Assembly: GCF_009914755.1 (NCBI RefSeq)
Contig: NC_060948.1
Source of the DNA: the human T2T-CHM13v2.0 reference genome, Homo sapiens
DNA: 64,000 nt
Reading direction: 5' to 3' (one strand)
Shown piece by piece: positions 25,701 through 37,400 of the stretch. The notes beneath the pieces are model-generated. The model worked only from the letters and a program-made list of their open reading frames with translations, was not told where the DNA came from and did no database searches. A program made the position numbers and the translations under genes. Position 1 is the first letter of the stretch. Each line of letters starts with the position of its first letter.

Positions 25701-28700
25701 TGCTCACTTCAAGAATGAAGCTGCAGACCTTAGTGGTGAGTGTTACAGCACTTAAAGTTGTTATGTCCAGAGTTTGTTCCTTCAGATGTTTCCAGAGTTT
25801 CTTCCCTCTGGCAGGTTCTTGGTCTTGCTCACTTCAAGAATGAAGCTGCAGACCTTTACGGTGAGTGTTACAGCATTTAATGGAGTTATGTCCAGAGTTT
25901 CTTACATCAGATGTGTCTAGAGTTCCTTCCTTCTGGGAGGTTCATGGACTTGCTCATTTCAAGAATGAAGCTGAAGACCTTAGTGGTGAGTTTTACAGCA
26001 CTTAAAGGTGTTAGGTCCAGAGTTTGTTCCTTCAGATGTGTCCAGAGTTTCTTCCCTCTGGCAGGTTCTTGGTCTTGCTCACTTCAAGAATGAAGCTGCA
26101 GACCTTTACGGTGAGTGTTACAGCATTTAATGGAGTTATGTCCAGAGTTTCTTACATCAGATGTGTCTAGAGTCCCTTCCTTCTGGGAGGTTCATGGACT
26201 TGCTCATTTCAAGAATGAAGCTGAAGACCTTGGTGGTGAGTTTTACAGCACTTAAAGGTGTTAGGTCCAGAGTTTGTTCCTTCAGATGTGTCCAGAGTTT
26301 CTTCCTTCTGGCAGGTCCATGGTCTTGCTCACTTCAAGAATGAAGCTGTAGACCTTAGTGGTGATCGTTACAGCACTTAAGTTTTTATGTCCAGAGTTTT
26401 TTCCTTCAGATATGTTTAGAGTTTCTTCCTTCTGGCAGGTTCATGGTCCTGCTCACTTCAAAAATGAAGCTGCAGACCTTTACGGTGAGTGTTACAGCAT
26501 TTAAATGTGTTATGTCCATAGTTTGTTCCTTCAGATGTGTGCAGAGTTTCTTCCTTCTGGCAGGACCATGGTATTGCTCACCTCAAGAATGAAGCTGCAG
26601 AACTTAGTGGTGAGTGTTACAGCACTTCAAGTTGTTATGTCCAGAGTTTGTTCCTTCAGATATGTCCAGAGTTTCTTCTTTCTGGCAGGTTCATGGTCTT
26701 GCTCACTTCAAAAATGAAGCTGCAGTCCTTTACGGTGAGTGTTACATCATTTAAAGGTGTTATGTCCAAAGTTTTTTTACCTCAGATGTGTCTAGAGTTC
26801 CTTCTTTCTGGGAGGTTCATGTAGTTGCTCATTTCAAGAATGAAGCTGCAGACATTAGTGGTGAGTTTTACAGCACTTAAAGGTGTTATGTCCAGAGTTT
26901 GTTCCTTCAGATGTGTCCAGAGTTTCTTCCTTCTGGCAGGTTCATGGGCTTGCTCACTTCAAGAATGAAGCTGCAGACCTTTACGGTGAGTGTTACAGCA
27001 CTTAAAGGTGTTATGTCCAGAGTTTGTTCCTTCAGATGTGTCCAGAGTTTCTTCCTTCTGGCAGTTTCATGGTCTTGCTCACTTCAAGAATGACGCAGCA
27101 GACCTTTACGGTGAGTGTTACAGCATTTAAAGGTGATATGTCCATAGTTTGTTCCTTCAGATGTGTGCAGAGTTTCTTCCTTCCGGCAGGTTCATGGTAT
27201 TGCTCACTTCAAGAATGAAGCTGCAGACCTTAGTGGTGAGTGTTACACCACTTAAAGTTGTTATGTCCAGAGTTTGTTCCTTCAGATGTGTCCAGAGTTT
27301 CTTCCTTCTGGCAGGTTCATGGTCTTGCTCACTTCAAGAATGAAGCTGCAGACCTTTACGGTGAGTGTTACAGCATTTAAAGGTGTTATGTCCAGAGTTT
27401 GTTCCTTCAGATGTGTGCAGAGTTTCTTCCTTCCGGCAGGTTCATGGTATTGCTCACTTCAAGAATGAAGCTGCAGACCTTAGTGGTGAGTGTTACACCA
27501 CTTAAAGTTGTTATGTCCAGAGTTTGTTCCTTCAGATGTGTCCAGAGTTTCTTCCTTCTGGCAGGTTCATGGTCTTGCTCACTTCAAGAATGAAGCTGCA
27601 GACCTTTACGGTGAGTGTTACAGCATTTAAAGGTGTTATGTCCAGAGTTTGTTCCTTCAGATGTGTGCAGAGTTTCTTCCTTCCGGCAGGCTCATGGTAT
27701 TGCTCACTTCAAGAATGAAGCTGCAGACCTTAGTGGTGAGTGTTACAGCATTTAAAGGTGTTATGTCCACAGTTTTTTCCAACAGATGTGTCTAGAATTC
27801 CTTACTTCTGGGAGTTTCATGGACTTCCTCATTTCAAGAATGAAGCTGCAAACCTTAGTGGTGAGTTTTACAGCATTTAAAGGTGTTATGTCCAGAGTTT
27901 GTTCCTTCAGATGTGTGCAGAGTTTTTTCCTTCCGGCAGGTTCATGGTATTTCTCACTTCAAGAATGAAGCTGCGGACCTTAGTGGTGAGCGTTACAGCA
28001 CTTAAGTTTTTACGTCCAGAGTTTGTTCCTTCAGATTAGTCCAGAGTTTCTTCCTTCTGGCAGGTTCATGGTCTTGCTCACTTCAAGAATGAAGCTGCAG
28101 ACCCTTACGGTGAGTGTTACAGCACTTAAAGGTGTTATGTCCAGAGTTTGTTCCTTCAGATGTGTCCAGAGTTTCTTCCTTCTGGCAGGTTCATGGTCTT
28201 GCTCATTTCAACAATGAAGCTGCAGACCTTTACTGTCAGTGTTACAGCATTTAAAGGTGTTATGTCCAGAGTTTGTTCCTTCAGATGTGTCAAGAGTTTC
28301 TTCTTTCTGGCAGGATCATGGTCTTGCTCACTTCAAGAATGAAGCTGCAGACCTTAGTGGTGAGCGTTACAGCACTTAAGTTTTTATGTCCAGAGTTTGT
28401 TCCTTCACATAAGTCCAGAGTTTCTTCCTTCTGTCCGGTTTATGGTCTTGCTCACTTCAAGAATGAAGCTGCAGACCTTAGTGGTGAGTGTTACAACACT
28501 TAAAGATGTTATTTCCAGAGTTTGTTCCTTCAGATGTGTCCAGAGTTTCTTCCTTCTGGCAGGTTCATAGCCTTGCTCACTTCAAGAATGAAGCTGCAGA
28601 CCTTTACGGTGAGTGTTACAGCACATAAAGGTGTTATGTCCAGAGTTTGTTCCTTCAGATGTGTCCAGAGTTTCTTCCTTCTGGCAGGTTCATGGTCTGG

Positions 28701-31700
28701 CTCACTTCAAGAATGAGGCGGTAGACCTTTACGGTGAGTGTTATAGCATATAAAGGTGTTATGTCCAGAGTTTGTTCCTTCAGATGTGTCCAGTTTCTTC
28801 CTTCTGGCAGGTTCATGGTCTTGCTCACTTCAAGAATGAAACTGTAGAACATTACGGTGAGTGTTACAGCAATGAAAGATGGTATATCCAGAGTTTGTTC
28901 CTTCAGATGTGTCCAGAGTTTCTTTCTTCTGGCAGGTTCATGGTCTTGCTCACTTCAAGAATGAAGCTGCAGACCATTACGGTGAGTGTTACAGCATTTA
29001 AATGTGTTATGTCCAGAGTTTGTTCCATCAGATGTGTCTAGAGTTCCTTACTTCTGGGAGGTTCATAGACTTGCTCATTTCAAGAATGAAGCTGCAGACC
29101 TTTACGGTGAGTGTTATAGCACTTAAAGGTGTTATGTCCAGAGTTTGTTCCTTCCGATGTGTCCAGAGTTTCTTCCTTCTGGCAGGTTCATGGTCTTGCT
29201 CACTTCAAGAATGAAGCTGCAGAACTTAGTGGTGAGTTTTACACACTTAAAGGTGTTATGTCCAGAGTTTTTTCCTTCAGATGTGTCCAGAGTTTCTTCC
29301 TTCTGGCAGGTTCATGGTCTTGCTCACCTCAAGAATGAAGCTGCAGACCTTTACGGTGAGTGTTACAGCATTTAAAGGTGTTAGGTCCAGAGTTTGTTCC
29401 TCCAGATGTGTGCAGAGTTTCTTCCTTCTGGCAGGTTCATGGTATTGCTCACTTCAACAATAAAGCTGCAGACCTTAGTGGTGTGTTTTACAGCACTTAA
29501 GTGTGTTATTTCCAGAGTTTCTTCCTTCAGATGTGTCCAGAGTTTCTTCCTTCTGGCTGGTTCATGGTCTTGCTCACCTCAAGAATGAAGCTGCAGACAT
29601 TTACGGTGAGTGTTACAGCACTTAAAGGTGTTATGTCCAGAGTTTGTTCCTTTAGATGTGTCCAGAGTTTCTCCGTTCTGGCAAGTTCATGGTCTTGCTC
29701 ACTTCAAGAGTGAAGCTGCAGACATTTACGGTGAGTGTTACAGCATTAATGGTGTTATGTACAGAGTTTGTTCCTTCAGATGTGTGCAGAGTTTCTTCCT
29801 TCTGGCAGGTTCATGGTATTGCTCACTTCAAGAATGAAGCTGCAGACCTTAGTGGTGAGTGTTACAGCACTTAAAGTTGTTAAGTCCAGAGTTTGTTCCT
29901 TCAGATGTGTCCAGAGCTTCTTCCCTCTGGCAGGTTCTTGGTCTTGCTCACTTCAAGAGTGAAGCTGCAGACCTTTACGGTGAGTGTTACAGCATTTAAT
30001 GGAGTTATGTCCAGAGTTTCTTACATAAGATGTGTCTAGAGTTCCTTCCTTCTGGGAGGTTCATGGACTTGCTCATTTCAAGAATGAAGCTGAAGACCTT
30101 AGTGGTGAGTTTTACAGCACTTAAAGGTGTTAGGTCCAGAGTTTGTTCCTTCAGATGTGTCCAGAGTTTCTTCCTTCTGGCAGGTTCATGGTCTTGCTCA
30201 CTTCAAGAATGAAGCTGCAGACCTTAGTGATGATCGTTACAGCACTTAAGTTTTTATGTCCAGAGTTTTTTCCTTCAGATATGTTTAGAGTTTCTTCCTT
30301 CTGGCAGGTTCATGGTCGTGCTCACTTCAAAAATGAAGCTGCAGACCTTTACGGTGAGTGTTACAGCATTTAAATGTGTTATGTCCATAGTTTGTTCCTT
30401 CAGATGTGTGCAGAGTTTCTTCCTTCTGGCAGTACCATGGTATTGCTCACCTCAAGAATGAAGCTGCAGAACTTAGTGGTGAGTGTTACAGCACTTCAAG
30501 TTGTTATGTCCAGAGTTTGTTCCTTCAGATATGTCCAGAGTTTCTTCTTTCTGGCAGGTTCATGTTCTTGCTCACTTTAAGAATGAAGCTGCAGTCCTTT
30601 ACGGTGAGTGTTACATCATTTAAAGGTGTTATGTCCAAATTTTTTTAACTCAGATGTGTCTAGAGTTCCTTCCTTCTGGGAGGTTCATGTACTTGCTCAT
30701 TTCAAGAATGAAGCTGCAGACATTAGTGGTGAGTTTTACAGCACTTAAAGGTGTTATGTCCAGAGTTTGTTCCTTCAGATGTGTCCAGAGTTTCTTCCTT
30801 CTGGCAGGTTCATGGTCTTGCTCACTTCAAGAATGAAACTGCAGACCCTTACGGTGAGTGATACAGACCTTAAAGGTGTTATGTCCAGAGTTTGTTCCTT
30901 CTGATGTGTGCAGAGTTTCTTCCTTCTGGCAGGTTCATGGTATTGCTCACTTCAAGAATGAAGCTGCAGACCTTAGTGGTGAGTGTTGCAGCACTTAAAG
31001 TTGTTATGTCCAGAGTTTGTTCCTTCAGATGTGTCCATTTTCTTCCTTCTGGCTGGTTAATGGTCCTGCTCACTTCATGAATGAAACTGTAGACCTTTAC
31101 GGTGAGTGTTACAGCACTGAAACATGTCATGCCCAGAGTTTGTTCCTTCAGATAGGTCCAGAGTTTATTCTTTCTGGCAGGTTCATAGTCTTGCTCACTT
31201 CAAGGAAGAAGCTGCAGACCTTTACGTTGAGTGTTACAGCACTTAAAGGTGTTATGTCCAGAGTTTGTTCCTTCAGATGTTTCCAGAGTTTCTTTCTTCT
31301 GGCAGGTTCATGGTCTTGCTCACTTCAAGAATGAAGCTCCAGTCATTTACGGTGAGTGTTACAGCACTTAAAGGTGTTATATCCAGAGTTTGTTCCTTCA
31401 GATGTGTCCAGCATTTCTTCCTTCTGGCAGGTTCATGGTCTTGCTCCCCTCAAGAATGAAAATGCAGACCTTTACGGTGAGGGTTACAGCATTTAAAAGT
31501 GTTATGTCCAGAGTTTTTTCCTTCAGATGTGTCCAGAGTTTCTTCCTTCTGACAGGTTCGTCGTCTTGCTCACTTCAAAAATGAAGCTGCACACCTTAGT
31601 GGTGAGTGTTACAGCATTTAAAGGTGTTATGTCCAGAGTTTGTTCCTTCAGATGTGTGCAGAGTTTCTTCCTTCTGGCAGGTTCATGGTCTTGCTCACTT

Positions 31701-34450
31701 CAAGAATGAAGCTGCAGAACTTAGTGGTGAGTTTTACACACTTAAAGTTGTTATGTCCAGAGTTTTTTCCTTCAGATGTGTCCAGAGTTTCTTCCTTCTG
31801 GCAGGTTCATGGTCTTGCTCACCTCAAGAATGAAGCTGCAGACCTTTACGGTGAGTGTTACAGCATTTAAAGGTGTTAGGTCCAGAGTTTGTTCCTTCAG
31901 ATGTGAGCAGAGTTTCTTCCTTCTGGCAGGTTCATGGTATTGCTCACTTCAATAATAAAGCTGCAGACGTTAGTGGTGTGTTTTACAGCACTTAAATGTG
32001 TTATGTCCAGAGTTTCTTCCTTCAGATGTGTCCAGAGTTTCTTCCTTCTGGCTGGTTCATGGTCTTGCTCACCTCAAGAATGAAGCTGCAGACCTTTACG
32101 GTGAGTGTTACAGCACTTAAAGGTGTTATGTCCAGAGTTTGTTCCTTTAGATGTGTCCAGAGTTTCTTCCTTCTGGCAAGTTCATGGTCTTGCTCACTTC
32201 AAGAATGAAGCTGCAGACATTTACGGTGAGTGTTACAGCATTAATGGTGTTATGTACAGAGTTTGTTCCTTCAGATGTGTGCAGAGTTTCTTCCTTCTGG
32301 CAGGTTCATGGTATTGCTCACTTCAAGAATGAAGCTGCAGACCTTAGTGGTGAGTGTTACAGCACTTAAAGTTGTTATGTCCAGAGTTTGTTCCTTCAGA
32401 TGTGTCCAGAGTTTCTTCCCTCTGGCAGGTTCTTGGTCTTGCTCACTTCAAGAATGAAGCTGCAGACATTTACGGTGAGTGTTACAGCATTTAATGGAGT
32501 TATGTCCAGAGTTTCTTACATCAGATATGTCTAGAGTTCCTTCCTTCTGGGAGGTTCATGGACTTGCTCATTTCAAGAATGAAGCTGAATACCTTAGTGG
32601 TGAGTTTTACAGCACTTAAAGGTGTTAGGTCCAGAGTTTGTTCCTTCAGATGTGTCCAGAGTTTCTTCCTTCTGGCAGGTTAATGGTCTTGCTCACTTCA
32701 AGAATGAAGCTGCAGACCATAGTGGTGATCGTTACAGCACTTAAGTTTTTATGTCCAGAGTTTTTTCCTTCAGATATGTTTAGAGTTTCTTCCTTCTGGC
32801 AGGTTCATGGTCCTGCTCACTTCAAAAATGAAGCTGCAGACCTTTACGGTGAGTGTTACAGCATTTAAATGTGTTATGTCCATAGTTTGTTCCTTCAGAT
32901 GTGTGCAGAGTTTCTTCCTCCTGGCAGGACCATGGTATTGCTCATCTCAAGAATGAAGCTGCAGAACTTAGTGGTGAGTGTTACAGCACTTCAAGTTGTT
33001 ATGTCCAGACTTTGTTCCTTCAGATATGTCCAGAGTTTCTTCTTTCTTGCTGGTTCATGGTCTTGCTCACTTCAAGAATGAAGCTGCAGTCCTTTACGGT
33101 GAGTGTTACATCATTTAAAGGTGTTATGTCCAAAGTTTTTTTACCTCAGATGTGTCCAGAGTTTCTTCCTTCTGGCAGGTTCATGGTCTTGCTCACTTCA
33201 AGAATGAGGCGGCAGACCTTTACGGTGAGTGTTACAGCATATAAAGGTGTTATGTCCAGAGTTTGTTCCTTCAGATGTGTCCAGTTTCTTCCTTCTGGCA
33301 GTTTCATGGTCTTGCTCAGTTCAAGAATGAAACTGTAGAACTTTACGGTGAGTGTTACAGCAATGAAAGATGCTATATCCAGAGTTTGTTCCTTCAGATG
33401 TGTCCAGAGTTTCTTCCTTCTGGCAGGTTCATGGTCTTGCTCACTTCAAGAATGAAGCTGCAAACCATTACGGTGAGTGTTACAGCATTTAAATGTGTTG
33501 TGTCCAGAGTTTGTTCCATCAGATGTGTCTAGAGTTCCTTACTTCTGGGAGGTTCATAGACTTGCTCATTTCAAGAATGAAGCTGCAGACCTTTACGGTG
33601 AGTGTTATAGCACTTAAAGGTGTTATGTCCAGAGTTTGTTCCTTCCGATGTGTCCAGAGTTTCTTCCTTCTGGCAGGTTCATGGTCTTGCTCACTTCAAG
33701 AATGAAGCTGCAGAACTTAGTGGTGAGTTTTACACTCTTAAAGGTGTTATGTCCAGAGTTTTTCCTTCAGATGTGTCCAGAGTTTCTTCCTTCTGGCAGG
33801 TTCATGGTCTTGCTCACCTCAAGAATGAAGCTGCAGACATTTACGGTGTGTGTTACAGCATTTAAAGGTGTTAGGTCCAGAGTTTGTTCCTTCAGATGTG
33901 TGCAGAGTTTCTTCCTTCTGGCAGGTTCATGGTATTGCTCACTTCAATAATAAAGCTGCAGACCTTAGTGGTGTGTTTTACAGCACTTAAATGTGTTATG
34001 TCCAGAGTTTCTTCCTTCAGATGTGTCCAGAGTTTCTTCCTTCTGGCTGGTTCATGGTCTTGCTCACCTCAAGAATGAAGCTGCAGACATTTACGGTGAG
34101 TGTTACAGCATTAGTGGTGTTATGTACAGAGTTTGTTCCTTCAGATGTGTGCAGAGTTTCTTCCTTCTGGCAGGTTCATGGTATTGCTCACTTCAAGAAT
34201 GAAGCTGCAGACCTTAGTCGTGAGTGTTACAGCACTTAAAGTTGTTATGTCCAGAGTTTGTTCCTTCAGATGTTTCCAGAGTTTCTTCCCTCTGGCAGGT
34301 TCTTGGTCTTGCTCACTTCAAGAATGAAGCTGCAGACCTTTACGGTGAGTGTTACAGCATTTAATGGAGTTATGTCCAGAGTTTCTTACATCAGATGTGT
34401 CTAGAGTTCCTTCCTTCTGGGAGGTTCATGGACTTGCTCATTTCAAGAAT
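22800..34450. repeat. Middle sub-domain: a second set of higher-order blocks (offsets 2869, 4119, 2495, 4491, 1995 bp)
   Basis: ORF pairs 23042/25911 and 23636/26505 (+2869); 24403/28522, 24883/29002 and 25649/29768 (+4119); 29501/31996 and 30374/32869 (+2495); 29002/33493 (+4491); 31996/33991 (+1995). Markers atgtttagag, accattacgg and cctttagatg were seen only here. Confidence 0.8.
27140..27750. repeat. 250-bp (dimer) tandem run, about 2.5 copies
   Basis: ttccggcagg at 27181, 27431 and 27681; tgttacacca at 27241 and 27491; identical ORFs 27149/27399 and 27274/27524. Confidence 0.85.
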
Positions 34451-37400
34451 GAAGCTGCAGACCTTAGTGGTGAGTTTTACAGCACTTAAAGGTGTTATGC
34501 CCAGGGTTTGTTCCTTCAGATCTGTCCAGAGATTCTTCCTCCTGGCAGGTTCATTGTCTTGCTCACTTCAAGAATGAAGCTGCAGACCTTAGTGGTGAGC
34601 GTTACAGCACTTACGTTTTTATGTCCAGAGTTTGTTCCTTCAGATAAGTCCAGAGATTCTTCCCTCTGGCAGGTTCATGGTCTTGCTCACTTCAAGAATG
34701 AAACTGCAGACCCTTACGATGAGTGTTACAGCACTTCAAGGGGTTATGTCTAGAGTTTGTTCCTTTCTATGTGTCCAGTTTCTTCCTTCTGGAAGGTTCA
34801 TGGTCTTGCTCACTTCAAGAATGAAACTGTAGACATTTACGGTGAGTGTTACAGCATTGAAAGATGTTATGTCCAGAGTTTGTTCCTCCAGATGTGTCCA
34901 GAGTTTCTTCTTTCTGGCAGGTTCATCGTCTTGCTCACTTCAAGAATGAAGCTGCAGAACTTAGTGGTGAGTTTTACAGCATTTAAAGGTGTTATGTCCA
35001 GAGTTTGTTCCTTCAGATGTGTCCAGAGTTTCTTCCTTCTGGCAGGTTCATGGTCTTGCTCACTTCAAGAATGAAGCTGCAGACCTTAGTGGTGAGTGTT
35101 GCAGCACTTAAAGATGTTATGTCCAGAGATTGTTCCTTCAGATGTGTCCAGAGTTTCTTCCTTCTGGCAGTTTCATGGTCTTGCTCACTTCAAGAATGAA
35201 GCTGCAGACCTTTACGGTCAGTGTTACAGCATTTAAAGGTGTTATGTCCATAGTTTGTTCCTTCAGATGTGTGCAGAGTTTCTTCCTTCTGACAGGTTCA
35301 TGGTATTGCTCACTTCAAGAATGAAGCTGCAGACCTTAGTGGTGAGTGTTACAGCACTTAAAGTTGTTATGTCCAGAGTTTGTTCCTTCAGATGTGTCCA
35401 TTTTCTTTCTTCTGGCTGGTTCATGGTCCTGCTCACTTCAAGAATGAAACAGTAGACCTTTACGGTGAGTGTTACAGCACTGAAACATGTCATGTCCAGA
35501 GTTTGTTCCTTCAGATAGGTCCAGAGTTTCTTCTTTCTGGAAGGTTCATGGTCTTGCTCACTTCAAGAATGAAGCTGCAGACCTTTACGTTGAGTGTTAC
35601 AACACTTAAAGGTGTTATGTCCAGAGTTTTTTCCTTCAGATGTGTCCAGAGTTTCTTTCTTCTGGCACGTTCATGGTCTTGCTCACTTCAAGAATGAAGC
35701 TCCAGTCCTTTACGGGGAGTTTTACAGCACTTAAAGGTGTTATATCCAGAGTTTGTTCCTTCAGATGTGTCCAGAATTTCTTCCTTCTGGCAGGTTCATG
35801 GTCTTGCTCACCTCAAGAATGAAAATGCAGACCTTTACGGTGAGGTTTACAGCATTTAAAAGTGTTATGTCCAGAGTTTTTTCCTTCAGATGTGTATAGA
35901 GTTTCTTCCTTCTGACAGGTTCGTCGTCTTGCTCACTTCAAGAATGAAGCTGCACACCTTAGTGGTGAGTGTTACAGCATTTAAAGGTGTTATGTCCAGA
36001 GTTTGTTCCTTCAGATGTGTGCAGAGTTTCTTCCTTCTGGCAGGTTCATGGTATTGCTCACTTCAAGAATGAAGCTGCAGACCTTAGTGGTGAGTGTTAC
36101 AACACTTAATGTTATTATGTCCAGAGTTTGTTCCTTCAGATGTTTGCAGAGTTTCTTCCTTCTGGCAGGTTCTTGGTCTTGCTCACTTCAAGAATGAAGC
36201 TGCAGACCTTTACGGTGAGTGTTACAGCATTTAAAGGTGTTATGTCCAGAGTTTCTTACATCAGATGTGTCTAGAGTTCCTTCCTTCTGGGAGGTTCATG
36301 GACTTGCTCATTTCAAGAATGAAGCTGCAGACCTTAGTGGTGAGTTTTACAGCACTTAAAGGTGTTATATCCATGGTTTGTTCCTTCAGATCTGTCCAGA
36401 GATTCTTCTTTCTGGCAGGTTCATTGTCTTGCTCACTTCAAGAATGAAGCTGCAGACCTTAGTGGTGAGCGTTACAGCACTTAAGTTTTTATGTCCAGAG
36501 TTTGTTCCTTCAGATAAGTCCAGAGATTTTTCCTTCTGGCAGGTTCATGGTCTTGCTCACTTCAGGATTGAAACTGTAGACCTTTACGGTGAGTGTTACA
36601 GCAATGAAAGATGCTATATCCAGCGTTTGTTCCTTCAGATGTGTCCAGAGTTTCTTCCTTCTGGCTGGTTCATGGTCTTGCTCACTTCAAGAATGAAGCT
36701 GCAGACCTTTACGGTGAGTGTTACAGCATTTAAAGGTGTTATGTCCAGAGTTTGTTCCTTCAGATGTGTCCAGAGTTTCCTCCTTCTGGCAGGTTCATGG
36801 TCGTGCTCACTTCAAGAATGAAGCTGCAGACCTTAGTGGTGAACGTTACAGCACTTAAGTTTTTATGTCCAGAGTTTGTTCCTTCAGATAAGTCCAGAGA
36901 TTCTTCCTTCTGGCATGTTCATGGTCTTGCTCACTTCAAGAATGAAACTGCAGACCCTTAGGGTGAGCGTTACAGCACTTAAGGGTGTTATGTCTAGAGA
37001 TTGTTCCTTCATATGTGTCCAGTTTCTTCCTTCTGGAAGTTTCATGGTCTTGCTCACTGCAAGAATGAAACTGTAGACCTTTACGGTGAGTGTTACAGCA
37101 CTGAAAGATGTTATGTCCAGAGTTTGTTACTTCAGATATGTCCAGAGTTTCTTCCTTCTGGCAGGTTCATCGTCTTGCTCACTTCAAGAAAGAAGCTGCA
37201 GAACTTAGTGGTGAGTTTTACAGCACTTAAAGGTGTTATGTCCACAGTTTGTTCCTTCAGATGTGTCCAGAGTTTCTTCCTTCTGGCAGGTTCATGGTAT
37301 TGCTCACTTCAAGAATGAAGCTGCAGACCTTAGTGTTTAGTTTTACAGCACTTAAAGGTGTTATGTCCAGAGTTTGTTCCTTCAGATGTGTCCAGAGTTT

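Noticed and set aside
27329-27345. Transcription-factor motifs in each monomer (TTCaaGAA as heat-shock/STAT-like, CACTTNA as NKX-like)
   Set aside because: There are only two nGAAn units where an HSE needs three, the spacing is N2 rather than the STAT N3/N4, and short motifs are expected by chance and trivially multiplied by the repeat. There is no binding evidence.
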